A stretch of 63,967 nt of DNA, filler included, from Conidiobolus incongruus B7586 (Eukaryota): the NCBI GenBank assembly GCA_000697335.1. It is 10 parts of 10 records of this genome, joined end to end, with 100 filler letters (N's around TTAATTAATTAA, not from the genome) between each part and the next. Parts side by side here need not be neighbours in the genome. Positions count along the whole stretch, not along the records: positions 1 to 11,038 come from JNEM01007096.1; positions 11,139 to 12,973 come from JNEM01007098.1; positions 13,074 to 23,259 come from JNEM01007099.1; 7 more parts are not named here. One strand, 5' to 3'. This document shows, in pieces, positions 1 through 13,205 of the stretch. Within the stretch, counting starts at the first letter, position 1. Every line of letters begins with the position of its first letter. The notes under the pieces are model-generated. The model was not told the DNA's origin and did no database searches. It saw only the letters and a program-made list of their open reading frames with translations. The position numbers were made by a program, and so were the translations under genes.

Positions 1-2118
1 AAATAAAAAATATATACTAATTTATTAAAATTCAATATTATTAACTTAATAAATATTTAATTTAATATTTTTTAAATTTTATAAATTATTTTAATAATTA
101 ATTAAAATTATATTTAATACTTTTGAAAATTCCTCTAAAGTATAATAAATATATATTTCTATAATTTCTAATATATCTTTAATAAATATTTTTATTTTTC
201 TACCTATATATGGTTTATATTTAATATAATAATCATTATTTTGAAAATATATAAATTATTTTTAATAATATTTAAAAATAATTATATCATTATTAATATG
301 GTTAGTGATTTTATATGACTCAGATTGTTTATATATCAAATTAAAATAAAATAACATAAAATTTTATAAAAGATTATTATTCTTATTAAGCTTTAGTAAT
401 AATATTATAAAAAACTTTATATTTTGAAAAATAAAACAATTAGATTTTGCATTTAATTGATATTAATTTTAGAGTTTATAACTTCTTTTGAAAGTTAGTT
501 TTAAATTAATTCTACCAAATTATAGATTTAATTAGAAAACAAAATTAATATTTATAGTTACTTGGTAATTTATAAAATTTAAAAATATAAAATTAAAATT
601 TAAGATATGGTACTGTACATAACTGAGTTAGATTTTTTAAGAAACAAATTACAACTTTAAAAACTTACACCATTTAATCGTATTATTAATTAAATTATAA
701 AAAAATCAAGTTGAAATTGATTAAGAATTCTCAAACATTATATTTAGTAACTAGTCATTAATATTGATTTTATATTTTTTATTCATCCATCTAACACAAT
801 ATTTGATATGATAAATTTTAATAGGATGACTATTTATCCAATTTGAAACAAATATTAATATGAAATAATGATGTATTAATCATTAAAATAAAGGATTTAT
901 TCAATTTTTAACTCTCAATCTGTCTAATCATTATTTTAAATCAAAAAAATTGTTAGATGATCTAGTATAGTGTTTAATGAAAATCAGATATCCAAGATTC
1001 GGTGACTGGAAAGGTTCAATAAAAATGAAAATATTCATAATAGGTTAATGAGGTATTGATGACATATAGATATCTTTATAACCGTATATTTTCTATAATA
1101 TTATATTAATCTTTCAAAACTAGTACTGGTATATTGTATATATTGATTGAATTCATTTTATTTGAATCCATTTAAATAGATTTTATATATCACTAAAAAT
1201 AATAGAAAAAAATTAAATGAGTATCAATTATATATAATAATTAAAAGTTATTATTTCAATTTATTATTAATTACGAAATAAAAAAACAACAATTTTTTTA
1301 TAGAAATTTAAATACAAACTAATCTACTCACTCAGAAAATATAAATTTTTAATTATATTTTTTATAGAAATATTAAATAATATTAACACTAATATTAAAT
1401 ATAAACAACTTAGACATCTAATTCATTTGTCTCAAAGTATTTGACGAATTCTTATTGAAAAAACATTTTAATTTATAAATGATCCATTAATTAATAATAC
1501 TTTATGATATATTATCTATGTTAATAAAATTGTTATATTAAAGTGAAATAAGTAGCTCTATTTTTTGAGTATTCAATTAATTAATAAAGTATTCTTTTTT
1601 GATTAAAAAGTGTATATATATATTATTTTTAAATTAATTAAAAATATTAACTAAAATTTTTAATATTATATTTAATATTAAAATTAATATAATTTTTATA
1701 GAATAATCTATTTAACCTCAAAATTTTAATAAAAAATTTTTTGAAGAAAAAATTTAAAAATCGAACGATATAAAAATTTAAAATCAGGTTAGATTTTAAA
1801 AATTGTTTCAAACTAAAATATATTCTTACAATATGGTGGCAGTTGTGATAGTTTGACTATAAAGCATTATTATTATTATTATAACTCTAATTTAAAGTAC
1901 ATGAATTAATTCTTTCAAACTTAGATCAATATCGAAGATTGAACTAATGCTAGTTTTAGGTAATTTCTTTGTTTACGAATAACTCATGATATGATACTTG
2001 AACTATTCATTGATTTAATATTCAATACATTTTTGAAATTTTTCAGTTGAGTTTCATATTATTTTAGATATTGAATATATAAAGGAGGTAGTATTTACTT
2101 TTAGATCTATTTAGTTCA

Positions 2119-2983
2119 ATGAAATCGTTATCGATGAATGTATTATTTTGGTTTTTAATTATTCATCGTGGTTATTGCTATCAGAAGACTGATGGGAAGG
2201 AAAATATTGGTAACACTGTTAATAGTTTAATAACTGGTATTGCCAAATATGATGTGAATATTGGGCCAGGTAGTTAAATTATATTAAATGAATACAATAA
2301 ATTACTGAATTATTGGATAATTATAGGTAAGGGTAATTGTAACTATGAAACTGTTTTACCAATGGGACTTGCTTCGCTGGGACCTAAAGTATTTGGAGAT
2401 TCCGCTGCTTGCGGACAATGTCTTGAAGTGAAGCATAAGAATCATGCACTACGACTGAAAGTCATGGTCATGGACATTTGTGTCGGCTGCCAATCCAACG
2501 ATTTGATGCTAGACTATAACACATACACCCAATTGGGAGATACATTCAAGGGAAGTATTCCCGTTGAGTGGAATATGATCACCTGCCCAACGAAGGGATC
2601 GATAAAATACCAATTTTTCCCCAATAGCTCCAGATTTTGGTTTGGTATCGGGTAAATGGATCATATTTGATTAATGACTGATAAATAACTGATTGATTTT
2701 ATCAAATAGCATTCGAAACGCTGCAATTCCAGTGGCCAAACTTGAAATATACGGAGATTCTGGGTGGGTCAATATTCCGCGCAGCAATTTCAACTATTTT
2801 ATTCTCTCAGATCCAGGACCTGGACCTTACAAGCTAAGGGCAACCTCCAAGTTTGGAGAACAGATTGTAGAAGACAACGTTCCTCTTCTTAACGGCACGC
2901 TGTACGAAGGCAAAGCTCAATTTAGAAATAGCTCTATAGAGGCTACGACGCAAAATAAATTGTTTGAGTCGGATTTAGGTTGA
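2119..2983 (+). CDS. Secreted expansin-like protein (EXLX type: DPBB domain + CBM63), 3 exons: 2119-2269, 2327-2651, 2710-2983
   Basis: GT-AG introns 2270-2326 and 2652-2709 join the two track ORFs in frame. Hydrophobic N-terminus MKSLSMNVLFWFLIIHRGYC. Motifs GxGNCNY, ACGQCLEV, VMDIC, SSRFWFGIGIRN..IPVAKLE, GWVNIPRSNFNYF and GPGPYKLR match the BsEXLX1-type layout. TATA-like TATATAAA at ~2076. Confidence 0.9.
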
Positions 2984-4841
2984 GTATTTTCAAACCAAAA
3001 TAGCACAGCAATTGCTCCAATTTGAAATCGTATCAGCATAGGCGATCTTTGGTCATGGATTGGCCAAACTCTGTATTATCTCATCAAACTTAGTATATAT
3101 TATGAAATTTAAATAATAATAAAAGAGTTAGTAATATGATTGATTGGTGAAAGGTGTATGATCAACTCTTTGAAAATTTAACGAAAATATCCTATTCATT
3201 AAGCAGTATTTGGTATTAGTCGCTTATTCTTTTAATCAATTTATATTAAATTGACGAAAATAAATCGGAAATTGTAAAAATTATTTTTGTTTTTCAAATA
3301 AATAATATAATGATTTCATAATCTTCTTAATTCAATTCAGTCAAGTGACTTTGTTTATACCCTTTCGAAAAGCAATTTTGGAACTTAGAGATTGCAAGAT
3401 AATTAAACTACAGTGTGATTCTACCTATGATATCATCGAAATATGAGCTATAAATTCTAGACTCATGATTAAATAGTATGTTGTTATTCCTAGGTAGTTG
3501 ATCATCGAACAAATCACTCCACCTATTCATTCTAACCAAATTATTTCAATTTATTATTATGGATTGATTGATATCAAGTGACTTCTTTTAATCACTCTAT
3601 TATTTAGGTTGATCAATATTTTGGCTCGGAATAAACTTTTTATTTGATATTGATCGATAGCATCCTTAAAATCATATAACACACATACCATTTAATCGAA
3701 ACAAGGTATTTCATTCTGAATAATGATTTCATCATTTTTTTAGAATTTAAGGTATTCAAAATGACTGAATATTTACCATTCAATCAAAATAACTTTCATT
3801 AGAGAATACTTATGTAATTTGACTACTATCCATACTCATTGGCGTTTGTCCACTGACATATTTCATTTCATTCCACATATATTGCAAGATTCTCTAATCA
3901 TTCCCATTTATTCAAATTCGAAATATTGAAAGTTGATAAATTTTTTGAATGGGAATTAAGAGAGATAAATGTGACCAATGTCTTATCAAGATAACTTGCA
4001 AAATTGAGCGGAAATAGATTCCTAGTCATAAATTCTGGAGGGATCCATCTTTGAAATATCAATATTAATGATATGAGAAATGAATTGCAAAAAACAACTA
4101 ATTTTGCTGATAAATTTTTACTCAATCCTCTCTAAAGGGAAGGTCACACAACTCAAAAGTTCTCAAATTGAAAGGAGTTGAGAAAATAATTAAAATATAT
4201 TACCATATTTGCGAGAACCCTTATTAATTACCTGCTAAATATCTATTGTTTTATTTTGAAAATGGATCCAAGTACGGCTTCGGTACAATAATAACCAACT
4301 TGCCTTGAGTCAACTAGTTGGTTTAATTACCAAATACAACTAAAAACACCAGTATGACAAACTATCCACATATCACAAGCTATAAAATTGATTGAAATAA
4401 GTGGACATATAGTTTATTCATTTTACAATTCTCTCAGTCTAATATAATTGTTTATGGTATACTAATATTAAAATAGATATTAGAATGAATTACTTATTAT
4501 ATCCATACATCAAAACATATGGTTTTAGAATTGAAAAAATTGATGTGACTGATTAGAAAGATTATTTAGTTACTTATAGTAATTTATCATTTGATTAACT
4601 TTGAATAGTTTATTATTATTATTATTATTAATCTCTTTAACAAACTTCAAACTAATACATACATATATTTAAGGATATTTATTCTTTATTGAATAAATTA
4701 ACATTAAAATAATTAAAGGAATAAAAAATAATTTTTTTTTGAAATTTTAAATATTTATTTATTAATAATTTAGTTAAATTCACCGATTTTAAGTGTTACA
4801 AACTATCTTAAAAAATAATTAATGTAATACTTGAATTATAC

Positions 4842-4866
4842 TATATATATATATATATATATATAT
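4842..4866. repeat. (TA)n microsatellite; similar tracts at ~19369-19393, 41201-41226 and 49381-49414
   Basis: Perfect TA dinucleotide runs read directly from the sequence. Confidence 0.9.
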
Positions 4867-5403
4867 TTTAACAAAGAAAAAACTTAAAAATTTTAATCAA
4901 TAATTTTTAATAATTTTTTTATAAAATTCTATTACGAAAATTTCCGAATTTTAAAAATACAAAAAAAGGATATTACTAAATTTGTTCAAAAATCAATTAA
5001 AATCCTTAATATTGCATTATTTAGTCAATATCCAAATTTTAATTTAATTACAGTATTTAGTAATTTAAGATTTGGATCGATTAATTTAATTACAGTATTT
5101 GGTAATTTCAATTTGGAATAATGAAATTTGGATTTGATAAATTTAGATATTAAATAAGTCATAAATTGCTATTTTTATATCACTATCAAATTTATCTATT
5201 CAATATTTTATTGTCAGTTGATTAAATCAAAATCAGGTGAAGATATAATAAATTTTTTGATCCATTTGAACTTGAGTTTTTTCGAGGAATGAAATTGAAA
5301 AAAAATTAAATTTGGAAAATAAGTAAAGATGTTTGATATTATCTACAAATGTTCTTTTATTAATGATAAAATTAAAATAATAATTATATAATGATTAGTG
5401 TCT

Positions 5404-6414
5404 TCAGTTGGTACTTTGAGCCAATGCTAAAAGACTTAGACCAGCTTCGTATTTTTTGTTATGATTTGCACCCTCTGTATATTCAATTGGTCCTTTTATG
5501 CTATATCGACGATAATATGGTAATTCAGGAGATGTTGAACCTTGTGCAGAGAATGAATGGCGCATTTGAACTGGTGAAGAACTGTTGGGTCTGGCGGAGG
5601 AAGGAGGGGAGAGTGGAGTAAGGGTAGATTGTTCGTCCAAGGATGTTCCGTTGAGTAAGCTCTCGATTCCGGGTAGAGAAAATGTAGACGCCCTGCGCAT
5701 TTGTGTGGAAGAAGAGTATTGATAAGGATGGTAATCATGATGACGGGAAGGATATGAAGTGGATTCCATTGAAAAACTGGATTTAGGTTTTTTCCTTAGA
5801 TATTCTTTTTTGATTATTATTTATGAGTTTTGATATTCTTTCTTAAGTGGGATTTGAGAAGGAAGTGTTGTAACAGCAATAGCATGTGACTCCAAAGCAG
5901 GTGGTAGGAAGTTTTTCATTCTGCTTCCCTTGCTTTTAGAGGATAAGAATTGAGGATGTGAAGGAGGTAGAGCGGCATGGACAAAGTCTTCACCAAACAA
6001 GATTGTTAAATGGTGACGGATAGGATAGCAGGTACGAACAGCTAATTGATAAGCGTATTCATATGCGATCCAGGTACCCTGGATATTAATATCACCCCCG
6101 CGAAGTCTCCAGATATAGTCATTGAGTTGAGGGTAATGGTGAAGGATCTTAGTCACTTCTTCATTACCTCTTCCCAAAGCTTTCCATATGCCGGTCCAAA
6201 AAACGTGTCCACCTTCACAATCCCATCTCACCACAAAATCGGGTGTGTTGGGGCAGGATATCTTATACTCTAAAGTTCTAAGATAGCCATGTGGATTGAC
6301 GCTTGTGGAGTATTGAGCGGTAGTAACACTAACGTTAGGTATCACAGCGCGCTCAGGATAGTTAGGGCGAAGTGCAGAAGTAGATGATGGATATGTGGAC
6401 ATAGATGAAACCAT
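5404..6414 (-). CDS. APSES/KilA-N transcription factor (Xbp1-like clade); frame interrupted by a single in-frame TAA at 5823-5821
   Basis: VRWD..GHVFWTGIWKALG...RLRGGDINIQGTWIAYEYAYQLA.RTCYPIRHHL..LFGEDF resembles the Xbp1-type KilA-N domain. ORF 5769-5404 is in the same frame (17 sense codons after the TAA) and looks like a fungal TF tail (SLPGIESLL, S/P-rich, EAGLSLLALA). Confidence 0.85.
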
Positions 6415-9199
6415 AGTAAATATATAAAAATAAAATAAAGGAAAAGATAAAGAGATGAAAAGAAAATTGGAATGACGTGATAAGGGAATAGGAGAGGGTA
6501 TTTATACTCCAATTTTTGATTTTAAATGCATATTTGATATCCATAAGGTTTAATTGATTTTACCACACTCCTTCCAACCTTATGATCACTATTTATTTCC
6601 ATAATGATTGGTTCATTTAATAAATGCAATTTACAATGATATTTAAGGGTTTATTATGGAGTTAGATTGATTTGAATTGTACCTACTATCGGATAGAAGC
6701 GCCAAATGAGGCCATTATGGTGCAAGTCCTAAGCTTCCATCAACTACTAGAACCAAAACCAAATTACTGCTTTTACTGGGAGAAATAAATTGAAGTAAAC
6801 ATTTTAATTAATTCGAAATCAATTTGTAACACATTTTTGATTTGATAATTTGAATTTTACGACCCAAACCCTTCAAAATTTTCCTGTTTAATACAAAAGC
6901 ATTCAAGTTTATCTACTTATATTGCCTAGGTTTCAAACTTGTAATTATTTTTGAATTAGATGCAAATTATCTCTATCCACTTTATTAAAATCTGAACAAT
7001 TGAATTAAGTATTAACAAGTGAAACAAAATTGCGTTATTAATTATAAATTACAAAAATTTAATTTCGACTAAGTTATTATGAAAATGTCTATGAGATATC
7101 GTGGTAAGGTAATTCAAGATTATATTAACTTCACTTGATCGCGAATAAGTATTAGTGTAAGGTTACCCAGCATTCATAGTATTTAATTAAGATCCTCATA
7201 AAATCTTAGTAGGACGATTATTTAATTAGTTGATTTCAAAACAACTTAATTAGAAAGATAACCATCATTGAAACATGATAGGTGAAATAATTATATTAAT
7301 CAATATCCATAAAATTCGATTTATTGAACACATGCCGAATTGGTGAATTTAGTGCCAATACTAATGCTACCAAGGTAAATATTTAATTAGCAGTTTCAAA
7401 GCTAAAAATTTAGCCAATTTTTGAATTTAAATTGATTTCGAAGTTTGTTTACTATGCAATTCGAATCCTACCATAGTAATTGTTGATTTAACCTTCGATA
7501 ACTAGGTGGAAAGTATAACGGTACAAGTAAGCCTGTCTCTTTCAAATCTCTTCATGATCATCTATATTACCTTGAGATCAAGGCTATTAAGTAGGAATTT
7601 GAAAATATTCTAATTTGGAAATTTATTCAAATGATTAGAATACTAAGAAATTATAAAGACCACTGTTAAAATCAAAATCAATTCGAGCTATTTTTTCACG
7701 ATATCTCCCCTTTATTTCAAGTCAATTATAAATTTAATCTAACCACTTCAACCAACACAACAAACTTCAAAACTCATTTACATAAAACATAATTAAAATT
7801 CGAGCTGAAATCTTTATCAAATGAAATATTTCATTTAAACTGGTACTAACTTTGATTTAATTAGTTCAATGATACAAAAAGGTATTTGTTAAATTGATTA
7901 AAGAATAAAAATTAAAAAATAATTTTACCAAATTGATCTCATTTAGAGGATTATGCAAGTGATTTCACTCTATATTTCAAATAAGTATATGTAAAATTAA
8001 TCACACTTCAAATTGATTATACATCTTAAATTTAAAATAATAATATGCCTTGATAATAACTATTAATTTCTATTAAGTAATATTCACTCTTTATTCAGTT
8101 GAAAAAGGTAATGATTAGAACAATTTTAATCAGTTTAATAATTTAATATTTTTGAATAAGAAACAAGGATCAAAATATTAAAATTTAAAGAATAAAGAAT
8201 TAAGAAATATATATTATTGTAACAAAAAATCCAAAATTAAAATATTAGTAACGCACAATGATACTATGCTGATTTAATGATGAACAATTAAGCTAAAATA
8301 TCATTTATTATGATTGATTAATAGTTTATTGGTTATTGGAAAAATCGTCATATTTGAAATACGAATCTGAACTGTAAGTTAGAAGTATTGAAATTAAGAG
8401 TAAATAGCAGATCTTAATAATATACAATCGTTGGCACTCATAAAAAATTAGATACTCTTTTTAATAAACACAGTTTGATTATTGTGATAATGGGATAAGT
8501 TCTTCAAATCAAAGTGAAAATGAGTCAAAATAAAATGAATTATAGAGGATTTCAAGTTTTACAGTAATTGAAGAAAGTGACTTGATTTGGGTGAAATATT
8601 AAATAATTTGAATCCATGCTCACTTCCAAGTACTAACCTATTAAAGTGGATTATATATTTAGTTATTAAAATTTGGTTTAGAAAGTTAATGTCTTTGATA
8701 AAATAACTGGTGGTGAATTGAATCATTCGATGATTCTTAATTATTTGAAAATCCCTAGCACATCTTTAACTTTTCAAGTTATTATTGATATAGGAATTGT
8801 CAAGGTTAATTAATTTCTTAATTAACCAATTTAATTATTTAAATTGGTTTTACGGATTTTATAGAAATAATTCGAATTTTTCTTTAATTCACATTAATTT
8901 TAAGAGTGGGGAATTCTATTTGATAAATTGGGTTATATTTGTAATTAATTCTTTTATTTCAACTTTCTAAAATTAAAATTGTTGTAATGCATATGTTCAC
9001 CTCATTATTGATGCGAATTCGTTAATTTTTTAGAGTTTTCCATTTCGATTTAGTTTAACATTATATTTTATTATTTATTTTGATTTTTTTTTAAATTTCA
9101 TATTTGTAATCCTTTATATCATCTAATCTTCACTACCACTAGATTTACAAATCCCATTAATAATTTTGATATTGATTTAACAATTCTGCATCTAAGAAA

Positions 9200-9930
9200 A
9201 TGATAAATTAATTGAATAATTAAGAGAATATTGAAAAGATTATGACTTTTGAAATGGTTAATTATACCCCAAAAAGTAATTTAAATTACCAATAACTTAT
9301 AAAATTGTAGAGGAACCAGGACAAAAATCCGTGATCAATTTTGTAAAAGTATATTCACTTATCATTTAACTGATCAATTTCCTCCAATTGGAAATTCTGA
9401 GGTTTATATGGATCAAAATCAAAAGCAGCTATTTTTATATCTTCAAAATTATAAAAATATTAATACTGAATATTAGTTAAGACGGATATGATTACCAAAT
9501 ACAGAGGATTAGATTTTGGGAAATGGATAAGAACACATTAAACTGTGGTATGATTCAGCATAAATAATTATTTTTAAACTAACAGAATATTCAAAGTCTC
9601 AGATTGTAAGGTATTCAACCCAAATAACATTGAAAGTTTCTTTAGATTCGGGTTAAGGTAATTTAACTTTAATAAATATGGATTTAGAAATTGAGATTGA
9701 TGATGATTCAGTATGTTGGAAATGATTGGATTTGAATACAAAAACAACTACATCGTACTTTCTAACATAATAACTGTATTAATCAAGGGATAATATAAGA
9801 GAGCTTTAGATCCTAAAAATTCCTATATGACTGGAAGTGATCCAACATGCATTTAGACTTTAATCGACAAGTTGCTGAATCATTACTTCCTATTCCTTCC
9901 GATATCTTTTTATTGCCAAAAATGAATATC
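9200..9930 (+). pseudogene. Possible decayed coding relic of unknown family; boundaries approximate
   Basis: Locally higher GC with short protein-like stretches (FPPIGNSEVYMDQ, DPKNSYMTGSDP, HLDFNRQVAESLLPIPSD) broken by stops and frameshifts. No family recognised. Confidence 0.3.
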
Positions 9931-11038
9931 CAATTTAATAGCAATTAATTTAGGATTTATTTATTCTTTAAATTTTAACTGAACAATACTAAATATTTAT
10001 TTTGATTGCTGGCTATAAATATATTTATTCAATCAATAATTAATTTATATGATAGATTGATATTTATCATTTAATTTCAATAATTGATCAATATATTCTT
10101 TTATCTAATTACTTTAATCCATTTTTTGAACTAACTTAATAATTACAATATTTTATTTTTTAATAATAATGTGGAATTATAAATAAATAGCAAATTTTTA
10201 ATTTCTATATTTTCAAATATATTATGAGTTTTAAAAATATTTTATATAAAATTTATAAGAGAATTAATATTATTATTTAAGAATATATTATTGAATTTAA
10301 TCATGATTAAATTAGATAATAATTAACAAAAGTCTTTTATTTTATTATTTTTAAAACTTAATTTTATATTTTAAAAATAATTTTAAATTTATTAATACCT
10401 TAAATAATGATTTTTTTAAAATTATCATTTATTGTTATATTTCATATTTTTTAATTAAAATGGATATTATTCAATATTGTTTAAAATTTAAAAAAAATTA
10501 TAATAACTTTTTTTAATTAATTTTTAAAAAATCAAAATAATATTAATAATAATCTTTTTATCTTAAATAAAAAATTATCAAGTTATTTTAATATCAATTA
10601 TATAAACATTATATATATTAAATTTTATACTCAGTTTAATTAATAAAAATATAAATTTAATAGCTTATAATTTGATAAAGGTTTAAAATAACTAGAATAA
10701 TTATAATTAAATAAAGTTCTTTAAATATAATTAAAGTTTAATTTTTTATAGTATATATAATTAATAAGTTTATTTTAAATATTTTAAAATTATACAATAA
10801 AATATTAAACTTAGTTATAATAGTTTCTTATATAAATTTTAATAATTAATTGTTTTAATTATAAAAAAAATTAATTGAAAAATAACTTTTAGAAAATAAT
10901 TATAAAATTAAAATAACTTAATTTTTTACTTATAATTTACCCAAACTTTTATTAAAATAAATCAAAATATATTATATAATTAAAATATGTTATTTAATTA
11001 TAATATATTATATATAAATAAATTTAATTAATTAAAAA

Positions 11039-11138
11039 NNNNNNNNNNNNNNNNNNNNNNNNNNNNNNNNNNNNNNNNNNNNTTAATTAATTAANNNNNN
11101 NNNNNNNNNNNNNNNNNNNNNNNNNNNNNNNNNNNNNN
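11039..11138. other. Assembly gap linker N-run/TTAATTAATTAA/N-run (also 12974-13073, 23260-23359, 24815-24914, 33013-33112, 34668-34767, 56331-56430, 61345-61444, 62669-62768)
   Basis: Identical 100-bp pattern nine times; the 12-mer gives stops in all six frames. This is a scaffolding artefact. Confidence 0.97.
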
Positions 11139-11261
11139 TTTTTTTAATATTAATTTAAAAAATCTTTGATAATTATTCTTTAATATAAATATAGTTAAAT
11201 TAGATAATAAATTTTAAAAAAAATAATATTTTAATTATAAAAACTATTAAATATATATATA

Positions 11262-12833
11262 CACTGACCTACAAAAGTGAGTTATAAAATCAAAAACACT
11301 TATATTTTTACTAATAACTTGATTAATATTTAATAAAATAAATCTAAATTAAATAATTAAAATCTATTATATTTATTAATTATATATATTATTAAATGAT
11401 GATATTTAGCTATTAACTGACTAAAATATAAACCTTTAAATTTTACCTAGGGTGAGTTATAAATTTATAAGTTTTTGGTGATAAAAAAAAATTAAAATTT
11501 AGTATATCTATCTTTAACTTTTCTAACTTCTTTAAGTTTGTAGGGTATAGAATCAACTAACTTCTTATATTAAGAAGGGTTAATCTTTTTTATGCTTCTT
11601 GAATATATTTTTAAAGTTGATTTAAATCTTTAGCTGGGAGAAAAGCTTTAATAGCTTTTTTTAATTAATTCTAAAGGTGTTCAATTAGATTAAGGTTAGG
11701 AGATTAAAAAAACCACTTTATAACTATTATCTTGTTATTTTTAAGTTATTTTATAATAGAAGCTATAGTATAATAAAAAGTATTATCTTATTAAAAAATA
11801 ATATTAGATTTATTTAACTTATACTATTCAATAGTTTTTTTCAATTTATTATTTAGAATACTTTAGTATATTTTAGTTTTAATTTCCTTATTAACTTTAT
11901 AAAGATATTTTATACCTAAATATAACATACATTCCCAAATAATAATTAACCTATTATTATACTTTTGGGTAAAATTAACATGATAGTTACAAAGTAATTT
12001 TGTATCTTTTCTAAAGTATCTAGCTTTTCTATCAGATCCACTAAGATATATTTTTGTTTCATTAAACTAAATAACCTTACTCTAATCAATTTCAGTTTAA
12101 TATTAGTAGCAACATTTAAACTCCCACCTAGTTTTACAATGGGATTTCTTTAGTTGGGGGTGTTTTTTCTTAAAGTGTGAGTGGTATCTATGCTAACATA
12201 AAGCATGTATAATAGTATCAGTGCTAACCAATATTCTTATATAGTTTTATAATTCCTGTTGTATTTCTACAGTAATACCACACTTGCTTGTATTAACTAA
12301 CCTATAAATATACTTCTTATCATGTTCATCTATGATTTTAACATATTTAAGTTTAGGTTTAAATGTTTCTTTATTGTTATTCTTAACAGTTTTAGCTATA
12401 GTAAACTAGCTAACACTAGTAATTCTAATAATATCATGAGTTAATTTACCTTCTTTATAAAGTTGATTAATATGTAAGTAGATTTTTTTAGAGAGGGATT
12501 TAAGCATAATAATACTAATAAAAAGAATTTAGTATATTTGTAAAATATTATATAAAATAATAGCAAAGAGAGAAAAAAAATATAGTTATATATTGTTAAA
12601 TATATCCCCTTATCTCAAAAACCCACAAATTTATAACTCACCTTAGTTAAATATTAAGGGTTAATATTTTTGCTAATAGTTTACTAAATATATCTAAATA
12701 TATTTATTTATAATCAAATAATATACCTTAATTATATATTATAGTTTCAAGTAATCTAATATATACAATTGTTTTAGTTATTAATTAAAATATATATATT
12801 TTTAATTTTATAACTCACTTTTGTGGGTTAGTG
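11262..12833 (-). mobile_element. Tc1-family (DD34E) DNA transposon, subfamily A, full length (1572 bp), transposase inactivated
   Basis: TA flanks at 11260-61 and 12834-35. TIR CACTGACCTACAAAAGTGAGTTATAAAAT and its inverse at the right end. A consensus inferred across copies gives WSDETK, KYGGGSIIVWGC, QQDN-(34 aa)-WPPQSPDLNPIE and AKGGYTRF. Confidence 0.93.
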
Positions 12834-12973
12834 TATATTGTTAAATATATCCCCTTATCTCAAAAACCTACAAATTTATAACTCACCTTAGTTAAATATT
12901 AAATGTTAATATTTTTGCTAATAGTTTACTATATATATCTAAATATATTTATTTATTATTAAATAATATATCT
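12834..12973 (-). mobile_element. Fragment of a second Tc1-A copy (subterminal end region) fused directly to the previous element
   Basis: Near-identical to 12589-~12727, includes the inner repeat, and runs into a gap. Confidence 0.8.
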
Positions 12974-13205
12974 NNNNNNNNNNNNNNNNNNNNNNNNNNN
13001 NNNNNNNNNNNNNNNNNTTAATTAATTAANNNNNNNNNNNNNNNNNNNNNNNNNNNNNNNNNNNNNNNNNNNNACAATATAATTACAATTTATATTTTAT
13101 ATATTATTAAATATTATATTAATAAATAATTTAACAATAATAATTAAATATTATTTTAAATATTAATTATCAAATTAAATATTTTAATTATTTTTTTATT
13201 ATTCT

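Noticed and set aside
3898..4125. 75-aa minus-strand ORF, and a CDQC motif on the plus strand as a possible second expansin
   Set aside because: No recognisable domain and no further expansin motifs; not supportable.
5391..6544. Short ORFs 5391-5621, 5496-5738, 6046-6273 and 6362-6544
   Set aside because: Antisense or off-frame shadows of the APSES gene, or low-complexity UTR sequence.
11039..11138. TTAATTAATTAA palindrome recurring nine times as a possible repeat array or recombination site
   Set aside because: Always centred in a 100-bp N block, so it is an artificial scaffold linker. Native look-alikes (~29087, ~32168) are expected at this AT content.
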